This document shows, in pieces, positions 38,691 to 56,608 of a DNA stretch of 64,000 nt. The notes beneath the pieces are model-generated. The model did no database searches and was not told the origin of the DNA. It saw nothing but the letters and a program-made list of their open reading frames with translations. Source of the stretch: the human T2T-CHM13v2.0 reference genome, Homo sapiens; NCBI RefSeq assembly GCF_009914755.1, contig NC_060933.1. One strand, 5' to 3'. Both the position numbers and the translations under genes were made by a program. Numbering within the stretch: position 1 is the stretch's first letter; each line of letters opens with the position of its first letter.

Positions 38691-39333
38691 CTGGGGATTA
38701 AAAATAAAAAGGATTCACCTTACTAGAAAGACACAAGGTGTTTGCATTTTGCAATTTTGGTGACTTGCTGCCTTACTAGAAAAAAAAATGAGCATTTTCG
38801 ATTCTCAGCCCGGCTCTGTTGTTGCATGTGAGCCATTTGCAAACCCTGCTTGTCGGGTACAGCTTTGCAAAGTGGGAAGTGGTCTCTCTCGCCTTCAACT
38901 CTTCTTCTCTGAGAAGCTGTAAGGATTAATTGGATGGTGTCCATGCTGTCTGCCAGGAAGATAGAAAGTGTGAAGTATCATCTGGATGGGTTTGGTAAGC
39001 ACGAGATTCTCTTTCCTCTGCTTATGACAAACAGAGTGACAGCCCAGTGCTGTGTTTAAACAAGTTAATATGTATGTTCCTTGACATAAGGAAGCGCTCT
39101 AATCACGAAATACAGCTTGCATGTCATTTGGTTTTGAGATTTTATTGAGTACTACTAATCTTGACATATTTTGGTTGGCACCACATTCTTGGTATAGTGG
39201 GTTAGTGGTTGAATAGTTTGCAGACTTTGTGAAACAAAATCCTCATTTAATGGTTTAGTTTGGCTACATTTTGAAAATATACAAAAACATAATGCACTTT
39301 TATTTTATAGGGAATTTTTTTTCAACTTGTGGC

Positions 39334-39424
39334 TTTGTTTTTTTCTTTTTCTTTCTTTCTTTCTTTTCCTCACTGCCCTTTCTTTCCTCTCTGTCCCTGT
39401 CTCTTTGTCTCTGTCTCTCTTTTT
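39334..39424. repeat. CT-rich low-complexity tract (not Alu-derived)
   Basis: (TTTC)n/(TCTG)n-like polypyrimidine run. Confidence 0.85.
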
Positions 39425-40902
39425 AATGTTCCAGTTGCAGCAGCCTAGGAGGAAAGCAGCAGAGAAAGACAACCTGTGACCCTACTGAGCTGCAGGCAGA
39501 AGAATCTTCTTTGTACTGCTCGAGGTCAAGAATGTGTTTACCCCCTGGCCTAATGCTCTGAACTTTTGCATCTGAGTGCAGGACTTCAGGACCTCTGAAG
39601 GCCACCACGCAGTGGAATGAAGCTCCCTAGCAGAAGCAACTGGATTAAACGTGCAACAAGACCAGTCCACACCAGCCCCCCAAGTCACTGAACTCAATGA
39701 CATCATGCCCAGGCAGAGAAAGTCAACAGGCCTCTGGCCCGGGTCCCCTCCACTCCTCTCATTTCTTCTGCCTCTCGCTGTTCTTAACCCAGGGACAGTA
39801 TTTAGAAAGCAGAGCGGGTTCAGGCAGCCCTCTCAATTACTTTGGCTGGAACCTTCCTGAGTACATTTTGCTATCTCTTTGTGATGTAAACAGGGGCATT
39901 CACAGTTGGCAGGGGATGCTCTTTCTGTTTTAATTACACATGGCATAATTATAGTCCCAGGGTCTGGAAACAGCACAAAGTTCTTTGGAGAACTTCATAG
40001 GGATTTTTCTGTTATGACATAGTTTATCAGGAGAAAAAAAAGTAAGGCAAAAGACATTTCCAAAGAGGAACGAACAACACTATTTATACTAGCATTCCAT
40101 TCCCTAATGAGCAGATCACAAAATTGGAGTAGACATTTTTTCTGGAGGCGGGGGTGGAGTTTCAAAATTTTGGACTCATGGACAGTGGTGGCAAAATCTA
40201 GATAAATACTAATGAATGGATGTGGGTGGAGAAGGATATATACGTAAATTTTTTTTACTTAAGAAAGCAATTAGAAGGCATCCAGCTGTATCTGAGGGAA
40301 TTTGCACGTACCCTGGACCCTGAGGATATGGAAAAAGATTCTACCATAGTCATAGTAATCTGGCCTAAACCTGAGTCGTAAAATTCTCTCTGCCCCCAGA
40401 TGTGCAGTATGAGGGCACTTCATTACTCTGCTGATGTAGTGAGAAATCGCAGAACTGCCATGGTAATGGAGAGTGCAGTGACAGAGATGGGGAGAGACGG
40501 CTGTTTCTCTGTTATGAAACATGTTTTCATAGGTAATTCTGATGTACAGTAGGTATTAAATAGAGCAACGAAAAGATGTTTTATTTTAGATTACTGCTAG
40601 AGTGATATTTCCCCCATGGCACTAATAATCTGGCTGCTTTCTAAAGCCTATTTCCTCTCCCAGTTTCTCATAGACTCCCAGCACTGTTTTGGCAGAAGGG
40701 TAAGCCATTGCATTGAAATTTCTGCCTTGGAAAAGTAGAAGATCAACTTTATATATTATGCATTTTATATTTAGACTAGAGGGACATGGTGCATTTTTTT
40801 CTGGTGGGGAGGAAGATATTAAATAAGTTCTGCTTTTGCAATGTAGAGATAGGAATATATATAGGGGGTAAAAATATTTCAAGAACGGCTTTTTGTAATT
40901 GA

Positions 40903-41214
<312 letters not shown>

Positions 41215-41483
41215 TAAGACACCCCTGTATGCATGCATGCTGGTTTGAAATCCAGGGGACACACCACTTCAGCCTAGCCTCTCTGCTGTCTGTATCACGG
41301 AGGACTCACAGACCTAGTTTAATTGTATGCTTCTTACATATTTCAAGGCTGACACAGGAACAGCAATAAGAGGCCTGTGGTTGAAACCACATCGTTTTCA
41401 TCACAGTGGAAAAAAAATAAGGTCATTGCAGGTTTGGAGCATGGTTAGGTTTGAGCCTGCCCACATTATTTTATTCATGTTAA

Positions 41484-41985
<502 letters not shown>

Positions 41986-42233
41986 TTAAGATGCTGAAAT
42001 CTGCTTTGTGTGATTTATGAAGGAACTTGAAGCGATTAGTTTCACAGTGCATGAAAATTCCTCAGGTTCAGGGGGGGATGGCCAATCTGTTACACTGTTT
42101 GCCGTGGACTGGGTGGGAACTTGAGCAGCTCGGAGCCATAAGGAGATTGTGTTGAGTTATTAAACACTTGTGGTAAAGCTGCTTATTGTTAATTCCCCGA
42201 TGTCCTGCTGAAGCGATAGGATAAAATCAGATC

Positions 42234-42346
42234 GGATTAGATCAAAGAGCCTGGGAGCCAGCCTTTGGAGCAGATTCATTTAATCAATAAAGAGACCTCC
42301 TGAGAGACAGGGAGAGAATGGGCAGTGCTGGTGGCTCAGGGATTAA
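42234..42346. promoter_or_regulatory. Candidate enhancer: TCF/LEF plus homeodomain motif cluster
   Basis: agatcaaag 42239-42247 overlapping ggattag; taatcaataa 42281; gggattaa 42339; motifs only. Confidence 0.35.
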
Positions 42347-43542
42347 GACCGGGTTGGGGGAGTTATGGGAAAGAAACAACAGTTTATACATAGATATTTC
42401 TCCCCTTTTTTAGAGGTGTAATTCTCTTCTCAAATATTTTAGCCACACTCAGCAAAGTGTATAAACATTTCTTTAAGATTCCATGACTCCAACCCTCCAT
42501 TGCTCCAAAAATGCCCTATAAGTCAGGAAGTTAGAGAGAAAAAAACCACCAAAAAAACAACTTCTGTTCCATAAAAGGTATTTCAACAAAAGCAATTTAG
42601 GCTTAAGTGATTCCCCAAGAAACATTAATCCTTTATGAGTCAATCTGCAAAATTTCCTATTGTTCTTTTGTGAGGAGAAATAATAGAGAAACACCAAAAG
42701 GCCAAAGTCTAGCTCCACCCCGCTCTTTGTATTCTCCTCACTGCCCACCTCCCAGCCCCCACCAGTAATTATAAGGCATTGTGTATTAAGAGGTATGATG
42801 TGGCTTCCTTCATCCATGATTAACACTTACACCAATGCATATTCATTCATCTCTTAGCCCTACCAAACCCTGCTAAAATGAGGACTTGCCAATAAGGAAG
42901 TCACACCCATTAGAAAGTTAACCACAGAAAATGAGAGAAAAAATGAAGGATAGAGCAAATTAAGGATGCGAGTCCCTCAATGGTTATTGGCCTTAATGGT
43001 GTTATAAAAATGATGTCGGCTTTTACCAGGAATAATTTATATTCTGAATTAAATAAGGATATGTATCTATAAATCCATTCTATAAAACTTAATTTTCCAT
43101 CTAGATAGGCTGATTACTTTGGGCTCGGCATACCTTTACCGGTTGTTAATTACTGCGGGATGGTTTAACACTATTTTCCAAATCAGCATGCATGCATAAA
43201 ATGACTGCAATCCAATTTGACACATTATTAGTGATGATTATTGTCATAGATAAATTAGATTGAACAGAAAATAACCTTCATCCTTAGCATGTTTTAGCTC
43301 TCAGAATTAATGTGATTTGGTGAACACATATAAATAAAAATCTGACGAGTCCCTGCTGACTACAGGGCCTGTTGGTGCTGAAGTGTATCAATTTCATGCA
43401 GATGATGAATTCCTTAAGCATTCAGTGATAATCATGCTTGATTTGACAAGACTTTCTCATGCTATTTTAGGGCCTTAATTTTCTGTGAAGTTCTGTCAAG
43501 TGCTCATCAAGCACCCACTTATCTCCGTATCTTAACCTGGCA

Positions 43543-43663
43543 GCCAATCACAAGGTTGCCTAACAGTACAGCTACGGAGTGCCAGCCCATTAATATTCGG
43601 GTCACGTGACTGTCCAAGGAGAGAAACCAATCAATGGCTGATTAACATTCAGGTCACATGACT
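43543..43663. promoter_or_regulatory. Candidate promoter/enhancer module: two CCAAT boxes and two GTCACRTGAC E-boxes in a direct repeat
   Basis: gccaatca 43543, gtcacgtgac 43601-43610, accaatca 43626, gtcacatgac 43653-43662. Confidence 0.5.
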
Positions 43664-44183
43664 CCCGAGGAGAGTAAATGAGTTACACAGTAAGACATCA
43701 AACAAATTTTCATCTTGAAAGAGTGATTGCTTTTTCTGCTGCTGTGATGTTTGTCAAATTCGCTCTAGCCTTGTCCAATTAAGCTCCATGAGCTGAATTA
43801 ATAATGAAGAGATGTAAGCACCGAGCCAGCATGAGCGCTGCGATCTGTGCCACGAAATAAGAACTGCTTAAAAAAAAAAAAAAAAAAATCCTACAATGAT
43901 TGAAAAATCACATCTGGATAACTGGAATAATTGCTTTTGCAATCTTGATGCTGTTTTGTAATCTCCAGTGCAAAGTGTGAACTGGAGTATGCTGGGACAT
44001 GGCACTGAGCTGGCATTGTACTTCAAAGATGAATGTGTTCTTGAGTTTAGAATGATTTTAAAGGCATTACACAAATACATGTTAATTGGATTATTGTTTG
44101 TGACCATAGTAATGAATTTCATTTGCACACTCAATTATGCTCTGGGGCTTTCTGGAGGTATGATCTTTCAAGGTTTTTTAAAC

Positions 44184-44507
<324 letters not shown>

Positions 44508-46079
44508 CTATTCTTGTATCTTGGGTGAAGAAAAGACTGAACTAAGTCCTCAGAGAGAATTAGAGTGTTGGTGTGGGTGTGTGGGTGTGTGCTTCTCATT
44601 TTATTAACATGCAGAGGTTGATAAATTAAATTCACTGAATTATTTCAAAATGCACATGTGAACCCAGTGAAAATTTTCAGAAAAAGGCAGATGCTCTCTT
44701 GCTGTTGATAGCCAGTGACAGCTTTCTTGTAGTTTCAGGGAAAGTTCTATTCAATCACAAAGTCAATTGCATTTCAGCACAGATACACTACTAAATTCAG
44801 GTGACATGTTTAGAATAGAGACCCTATGACTAATAAAGCTTTCATTCTTTCCCTGAAGGGAGTGAGACTTGACTAATGGTTTTGGAATTATCAAAGAGTG
44901 TCAAATCCCACTTATTAAGTTCCAGCATGAAATTAGCTAAATTCCCAAAGGCCTTTCTAAAACAATATAGTCAAATAAAAGGTGTTGGGCGTGCTGGAAA
45001 GAGTGTTAAAACCAGTTACTTGGAAGTGATGAGAAATAAATCTAACCATAGGCAGGAGGCAATGTTTATGTATACAGTTAATAACCTTCTTAATGGGACT
45101 TCTTGGCTTGGTGATTCCCGGACGGGGAGGAAAGTGAGATGTGGAGCACAGGGTAGGCGAAGGGCCGTAAGTCAATTCCCAGCACTGTTAGTCAAGGATG
45201 GAAATTGCAAAGAGAGAAGCAATGAATTTAAAAGCCCCAGCAAGCTGAGAGAGTGGAAGGAGAAGATGAACTGTACATTTCGAGGAGGAGGGAATGAAGG
45301 TGGAAGGGGAATGGTTGCGAGTCCACATTGGATCATAATAAAGTAATTAAAGTTGATTTAGTCCAGAGAACAAGGGGCTCCATCATTTTTTCAGCATTGT
45401 CTCCTTAGGGTGAGTGAGGCCTGAAGGAGAGCATATTATAGAAGTGGTTTTATTCAAAAAAGCTAAAGTTGAGACCCCAACCACTAAGACTCAAATGGAA
45501 TTTCAGATTCTTGTGAAAACGCAGTCCTGAGTTGGTATGAGAAGACCTGAGGTACCCAAGGTAATGTAAGTTGAATGGACATTCTTTTCCTCAATATTTT
45601 ACCTCTGACTCACTTTGCAGTGAAGTGGCAGCCTGGAGCTCTACTTACATGCAGCTCACACACCATGGAGCCCCTTCCTACAAGCACCCCCACTTCCTGG
45701 CACTTGAGAGGCACAGAATGGAAGGTGGCTCCACGTTGTCCTCATCAGTTGGTTTTAGAAGGCCCTGAATAAAAGAGTATTCCACTTTCTGCATAACTTT
45801 ACATAATTAATAGTTTTCCATGCAAACTACTGTTTGCAGTAATTGTTGTTTCAACAGCTGTTTTCATTAAATTGTAAAGCCCGCTGTGTCTAATCCTTTG
45901 AGCCCCACTATTGATAACAAGAACAGCTCTGAAGCTTGCTCTGGAGGAGGGTTCCCTGCCAAGCTGGAAAACTGTCATGAAGTTACTTGAAAAATAAGGC
46001 CTACAGTGGGACTGGTTGTGTAGCTAATCCATTAGGCTTTTCAAAAGAGCCATGCTCTGTCCCCTTATGGCTAAATTGA

Positions 46080-46660
46080 CCCAACAACCAATCAATGCCT
46101 TTATTTGCTGAGTGGCTGCCCCCGAAGGGTCTTACAGCTGGGTCCAAGTCGTAATCAAAGCCTCCATCAGTACTGGGGCCCTGATGACATAAATGGCCCA
46201 ACTTTCAACGCAGCTGGCCCAAGTCCAGTCACACCATTTTGAAGATACAAAGAGGCTGTGTTGCGCGGTGGAATTCATTTTCTTGTTTACTTCCTCCAGA
46301 AACAAGAGCATCATCAGCACGCTCAGTGCATCGGATCAGACCGCGGAGTTGTTGACAGAAGCTTGGCGAGGCCTGCCAGCTTTCCGCATGAAACGCTGGC
46401 TTTCTTCTCATACACCCCCTACCGTTTGTGTCTCTGCCAATTGTAGCACATCAGAGCGGCCATTGAGATAATGACCGTGAAGTCTCATGATACACTTTGA
46501 TGAAGTGTAACATTTTTTAAAGGATTTTTGTCTGTGCCAAAATGATCGAGGCAGCTGACTAAAAATCGCCCCATCAAAATCAGGGCTGATGAACAGCAGG
46601 CGGAGGCAGGAGTCTCCCCAGAGAAGATGGGGGGATTTCGCAGCCAAAGTGTCTTTCTTT
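46080..46660. promoter_or_regulatory. Candidate enhancer, CpG-retaining unique sequence
   Basis: About 19 CpG in ~520 nt; tgtttacttcc (FOX+ETS overlap) 46284-46294. Confidence 0.4.
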
Positions 46661-47109
46661 CCAGGTCTGTGTGCACCACAGATTCCTTTTTTAAAAAGTT
46701 GTCTTTGTTTCAGATGAATATATGTCAGTTGCTGATGCTTCAGCCTCCAACATTTTTTAATTCTTTTTTTTTTTTCTATCAAACCCCAGAAGATGCAGGG
46801 ACTGATTCCTTTCTGACAGGTCCTTACTAATGACTTAGAACATAATGTTATTGTTAATAACTCCATCTTGCTTGGGAAAAGCATTCCAGAGCTCATCAGT
46901 GCAATAGCAGAGGTTTTCAGTCAGAAGCTGACTCTAGATTCGTGTTCATGTAACTTTGCCTTTCTCTAGTTTAGCAGGAATTGAGAGTAGGATACACAAA
47001 GTGGTTCTCAGCCAGGGAAAAACAAAATTAAGCTGGTAAAACATAGACAAAGATTCTGAGCTTCTTTGGGAGAAAAATCATATGTTTCATTTACTGCCTG
47101 GGTCCATCA

Positions 47110-47340
47110 CGACTACCATTTATTGAACACCTGCTGAGTGAGGTGGGTGATAGGTGATAGTACCAGGTGATTTGGATATTCACATAGTGTCCCTGACCTG
47201 CAGGACAACTCCATTTCCCAAGTGGAGAAACCAAGGCCCAAACGAGGAGCCTCAGTTGGGGCAATGTTAAGTGACTTGGCCAAGCCCAAACCAAAGAGCT
47301 GGGAAGTGGGAAGGCAGGTCTGACCCATGCACTTCCTTAC
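47110..47340 (-). mobile_element. MIR
   Basis: ccatttattgaacacct...ccatttcccaagtggagaaaccaaggc...gttaagtgacttggccaag. Confidence 0.7.
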
Positions 47341-48875
47341 AAGATGTGATCCCTTTCTATCTGTGGTTTGCTGTTTCCATTGTGCACCTGATATGGCTTA
47401 TTAAATGGTGCCCAGTGGGAGAAAACAATTTGTGGTTGAACTGGTAAAGGCAATGAATCAAATGAATTTACAGTCTGCCACTCTGACCTCTTAGCTTTCT
47501 CGAAGGAAGACATTAGCTATGTGGCATCCTTTCATACGACTTAACAAACGTAGGCTCAGAAACCAGGTTTAAGTATGAAAGAAGCAGCAGTGAGGTTTTG
47601 GCTACCCTCTCTCCATCTGTAGTTTACCTTCTTACTCAAGGTTAAACCTTGGGACAGGTCTTACCCTTCTGAGGAAGTGAGAGCTGTGAACTCTAGGACT
47701 TCGCTGAATGTCATAACTAAAGAGACACCTGTATTTAAGTAAGTTTATGCAGAAACCACAAGTGGAAACCACAAGGGGGTTATGGGTCAGCTGCCTTTAG
47801 AATCTTTGCTTCTATATAAGAATATGCATGCACATATATATTCTTGGGTGCAGGACTATGTATTAGAGTGGGGCAGAGGTGGTAAATTAGGGGAAGAGTG
47901 AAGGTAAAGGAAGCCAGGGGTAGCTGGCTTAATCATGATAAAAACACTTATATTTGCATGTGCAGATGAGATTCCTTTGGGCTTCTTTTAAATGCCTTCA
48001 TACTGTTCCCTAAGTACAGTCAAATAAAAGGTGACAAAAACTCAGACGACAGAACAAAAGAACCAAGCTAATTTTGTGCACACATTGCAAGCAGTAAACT
48101 GCAGAGCTTCACTACCCTCTTTCCAAAGAAAGTATATTTCAGGAGTCAAGATGGGTTCATCCCAGTTTGCATTTAGATTTTATTTTGCTAATTATTTGGA
48201 TTTTAAAAAGGAACAGTGTCCCAAATCCAAGTTTTGCAGACAAGTTTAGGCAGTCAAATTTATACACCTGAGGCATTGTGAAAGAAAAAGGACAACAGCC
48301 TCTCTGGAGTTGGCAGAAATGTGACTAAGGCTTCTCATCCCATAGAAGGCAGGAAGGAGCTACATAGATCCATTTGCACAGGGAAACTTGTCTAATGGAC
48401 TCAGAGATTTTCTGAGAGTTCTTTCAGCCTCCCTTCTATGCCAAAGTATGGGCATATGCATTTTATAACGGGAGAGTAGTCTATTGGGAGAATCCATCAC
48501 AAACTCTTTATCTCATTTCAAACAGAAAGCACTAAGACTCCAAAGGCAAAGAGGCTCCTTCTTTCCTCCAGGAGCCCCTGAGTGAGGGAACCACACAAAC
48601 CCATTTAACTTTAGAGAAAACTGTTACGATTTGTTTCAGCCTGTCTTCTTACCCTCACTTTGCTCATTTGTAGAATGATGGGTTTATATTCTCTGAATAC
48701 CCCCCAGCACCAAAAGTTTCTAGTTTTTAAAGATTCTTTAAGTATAGACTAATGCCTTTCATTTCCACTGTTTCTAAGAGGATCAGGAAACTAACTGAAT
48801 CAGTCCAAATTGACAAATAAAAAGATCTATTTGCTACTTTCCAAATATGCTGTACTTCTGAGCCTTTGCTCAAGT

Positions 48876-48965
48876 CTGTGTTTCTCAGAGTGAGGTCCCT
48901 GGACCCAGGCCATCAGCATCACCTGAAATGCAAATTCTCATGCTCCATCCCAGACTTACTGAATT
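48876..48965 (+). mobile_element. MER5A fragment (hAT-Charlie)
   Basis: catcagcatcacctgaaatgcaaattctc...cccagacttactgaat. Confidence 0.75.
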
Positions 48966-48982
48966 CCTCTCCCTCTCTCTCA

Positions 48983-49214
48983 GCCCAGCCACCACGTAAA
49001 CAAGCCCAGCTGTCCTGCTAGAGAGGTTCTGGGGTGAGGCTGCGAGGAGAAGAGCCTTGATTTGAAGCCTTAAGAGTGACCCTGAGCTAGAACCACCCAG
49101 TTAAGCTGTGTCTCCATTCCTGAGCCACAGAAACTATGAGATGATAAATGTTTATTGCTCTAAGTTGCTAAATTCGGAGGTAATTTGTTATGCGCCAATA
49201 GATAACTAAATACA
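48983..49214 (+). mobile_element. MLT1 (F/G/H-like) LTR 3' part
   Basis: ccacagaaactatgagatgataaatgtttattg...ggtaatttgttatgcgccaatagataactaaataca. Confidence 0.78.
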
Positions 49215-49544
49215 CAGGGCTTGCATGTTTTTGTATTCTCTAAAGCTCATAATGGGATGCTTTGCTCATAATAGGAGTTTATTATATGATTGCTGGAATT
49301 GAAGGAATTTTGCCTTGAGAAATTTTCAAGAGTAATTTCTCAGTTTAAAAGGGTTGTGTTCACTATAGGTTCCAGGAAAAGATGCCTGAATAAGTTACAG
49401 GAAAACAACAAAAAGGGTGGGGGTTGGAGGAACACAGAATGAAAGGAAGAAGGGAAAACGTAGTAAGTTTGAGGGAAACTGTATATTAGGCTTCTCCAGT
49501 CTTTGAGTTTTCCTGCAGTTTCTCCAACTTATGAAATAAGGGAG

Positions 49545-49849
49545 TTTTTTTTCTTTTTTTTTTAAGAGACAGAGTCTTGGTTTATCACCCAGGCTGGAGT
49601 GCAGTGGTGTGATCATAACTTACTGCAGCCTGGAACTTTTGGGCTCAAGCAATCTTCCCGCCTCAGCCTTCTGCCTCAGTCTCCTGAATAGCTGAAACTA
49701 TAGGCGTGTGCCACCAAGCCCATAATTTTTGTAGAGACAGGGGTCTTGCTTTGTTGCCCAGGCTGGTCTCAAAATCCTGGCCTCAAGCAGTCTTCACTCC
49801 TTGGCCTCCCAAAATGTTGGGATTACAGGTGTGAGCCACCACACCTGGC
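49545..49849 (-). mobile_element. AluJ SINE
   Basis: gatcataacttactgcagcc, gggctcaagcaatc; small internal duplication gcctcagccttctgcctcag. Confidence 0.9.
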
Positions 49850-50110
49850 AAGAGACTTTTTATGTTACCATTTTAAGAGGAAGGAGGCCCAACTACCCAA
49901 ATAAATATCTTCAGTGCAATAGAGGAAGTCCAGAAATTCCAAATTGCCGGCCAGAGTCCACCATTTGAAGATAAAGTGCGACACTCAAGAGGCTGAGCCT
50001 GGATTTAGCTGAGACAAGTGTCGGAATGACCATCCCTCACTTCTAGTCTTTCCTGCCACTACATTCATAGCTTTCTTTTAAATTTTGACCAATAAAAATT
50101 GCGTATATTT

Positions 50111-50504
<394 letters not shown>

Positions 50505-50662
50505 CTAACAGTCATATTTTCTGCTCGTCAGCTCCAGACATTAACGTGAATAATGTGGAAGGTAAAACAACACATCCTCTGGATTTGTGAGTAGCTGGAA
50601 GTTGGCCTTCCTTATTTTATGCCTATGCCTCTCTTGCCTAGCTAGCTCAGTGTCACCTCAAG

Positions 50663-51039
<377 letters not shown>

Positions 51040-51855
51040 TGAGCGTGCCTGGAAGGAAAGAGGGGTGTTGAAAACAGGTGAGCAGCCCTTCTCCTGGTAC
51101 AGCCAGCAAGCTTGTCCACACAGTGTTTGGTGTGGTACTTATTCTACCCTTCAGGACAATGCTTTCTTGGTACTTCTGAATGCTGCTGCTGGCTCCTGCA
51201 ACCACACACACACACACGCACACCTGTAACGCACTCCTCTGAAAAACTCTAATCTCAGACAGAATGCAGCCAGCTGAAACCAGCAGTGGAACATCCTTCT
51301 CTAGATACCTCAGGACATAATGGAGACTGACTTTCTGGGAGATTGCTTGGCTGGGTGGAGAATGAAGACTTTAATTTCAAGCCATCTTGTTTGCAGTTTC
51401 CTTGAGAAAAAAATCTTGGTTTGGATGACACCCAGTATAATATGATTTATTTGGTGTAAGTGCAAGAATTTTTCTCTTTAATTTTCTCATTTCCTGAACA
51501 TAGGGCCTTTTTTTGAGATTTTTTTTTCTTTCCACTGTTGTTGACATATTTGGTTTCATTTTTAAGAGCAAAAAAAATTATTTAGGAGAAAGGCTTAATT
51601 AAGTTTTCTAGGGATATTAATTTGGCGATTACTTGCGTTACTTAACTAAAGAAAAGCCAAATAAAACTATATAGCTATGATTTCAAGGCATAGCACTTCA
51701 GAATAAGTGTCAGACAAAATTGTTTCTTGTTATGATCTGGGGAGTGGCCTATGAAAGCTGTTTTGAGTTTGGAGGAATTTTGAAGTTGTTGCTTTATGGA
51801 AATTATGATGTTTCTGGAGAGATCCTCCAGGTTCCACATTCTGTAATTCTGTAAT

Positions 51856-52245
<390 letters not shown>

Positions 52246-52882
52246 TGACAGCATTGAAGGAGCATTCCGGCCTCCTCCCTCTGTTTATCCTTTTGTCAAC
52301 GTGGATGATGTTTGCCAGGGTAGAAAAGCCACACATTCTTGGTATAATTGATGGGGCACTGTCAAGCAATGGTATAAGTGGTTTATTTTGAAGGAGGTTA
52401 TTACTGGCCACAAAACTTCAAGTCAGCTGTTTGCTGGGAACCCTCATGAAGGAAGCCCCTGTTTTGGTGTCCACCCTCAAAAGCATCTCACAGAGGGCTT
52501 ACTGTACTTTTGCACCCAGCCACATTTAATCCATTTATAAGACCCCTTTGTCTGAGATGCCTTACCAGAGGAAATTAATGAAGGATATTGCAGACAGCTT
52601 TTAAGAATGTCTTTTCTATAGCACTGTGTAGTTCTGAGAGCAAAGTGGGTTTTTTTCCCCCACATTGTTATGACTTGACATCTCCGATGTGGAATGTTTC
52701 CAGCCAGTTATGATAGGAAAGGGCTGGACTTTTTACTCTTGTGGAAACCACGGCAGAAGAAAGCCATTATATTATCTATTCACTTGCTCTCCTGTAAATA
52801 TAAATGCATTTAAGAAATGGGTCCTCGTTAGGGGAGGTGAGGTGGCAGCACTTAAAAGTCAGGCAATGAAAAATGGAAAGTT

Positions 52883-53200
<318 letters not shown>

Positions 53201-53394
53201 AAAATGGAAAGTTCAAGATCACAATGGTTACCATGTGGACAGCAGAAGATAAACATGTGACTCACAAGGAGGAAGATATATTTAATAAACCTATCCCCGA
53301 ATGAAAGGTCCTTGGTCTTTTGGTTTTTGTTGTGTTCATTTCACAGCAGATCAGTGAGCGTGTCCTTACTGCCTGGCCCCAGTTCAAGTCCTGG

Positions 53395-54288
<894 letters not shown>

Positions 54289-54786
54289 TCAAATGCTAAA
54301 ATGAGAAGGGCAGGATGTTTTTTTGTTTTTTTTTTTGCTTGTTTGTTTCTTTGCCAAAGTCACCTGCATTTTATCATTTACATTTATAGCTAAATTATTT
54401 AGAAAATAAAGAGAATACATTTGGAAGAAGAGAAGCAGTATCTCATTAAAGCATAGGTGGCCAGCATAGCAAATGGAGATCATAGAGGCAACGCTTGTTG
54501 CTCACCAAGCAGAGAGACGTAAGATCTGGATATCAGACACAATCTGCACTCTGAGAGCTGATGTCTGTGGTCAGCTAGAGACAGCTCAGGGTCCCCCCTC
54601 AATCCGTAGGTGCAAGAGTGCTTTCCCCACCATCACTGATTTTCTTTCCCTTGTTCTGATGTTGTGATCATTAGTCAACTTCTGATTAATTTAACTCATC
54701 TTTCCCAATACTTTTGCCTGAAACCTCCTTCAGCCACTGTCCTTTCTCCCTAATCAACTCCTATTTATCCTTCAAGATGTCCTCTT

Positions 54787-55435
<649 letters not shown>

Positions 55436-55865
55436 TCCTTTCTTAACTCTTTTATACTAAATCATAATTTTAGAAAATTACCTGGCTTTTTCATGAAACT
55501 GTGAGCTTGACAAGAGTGATGGTGTTATAGTCTCACTATGAAGAGTTCCCTCTTCCCCAAGTGTCACATCTAGTCTGAAGGAAGCACTGAATACATCCTT
55601 GAGGACTGGATATTGAATAAATACATGGAGTGAGTGAAGAGCAATTTGTGGGTGAATCAATGTTAGACGGTGTGTTGTAGCAGAGTATTATGGGCCGAAT
55701 TGTTTCCCTCAAAATTCATGTATTACAGTCCTAACCCCCAAGTACCTCTGAATGTGAGTGTTTTTGGAGACAGGGTCTTCAAAGAGGTGATTAAGTTAAA
55801 ATGAGGTCATTGTTAGGGTGGGCCTTCATCTAATCTCACTGCTGTCCTTATAAGAAGAGATACCA

Positions 55866-56608
<743 letters not shown>

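Noticed and set aside
43870-43888. Isolated A19 tract as a truncated retro-insertion
   Set aside because: No TSD or element body; treated as a simple homopolymer.
44876-45346. 156-aa ORF in non-repeat DNA
   Set aside because: No recognisable homology or splice context; such lengths occur by chance. PhyloCSF would be needed to revisit it.
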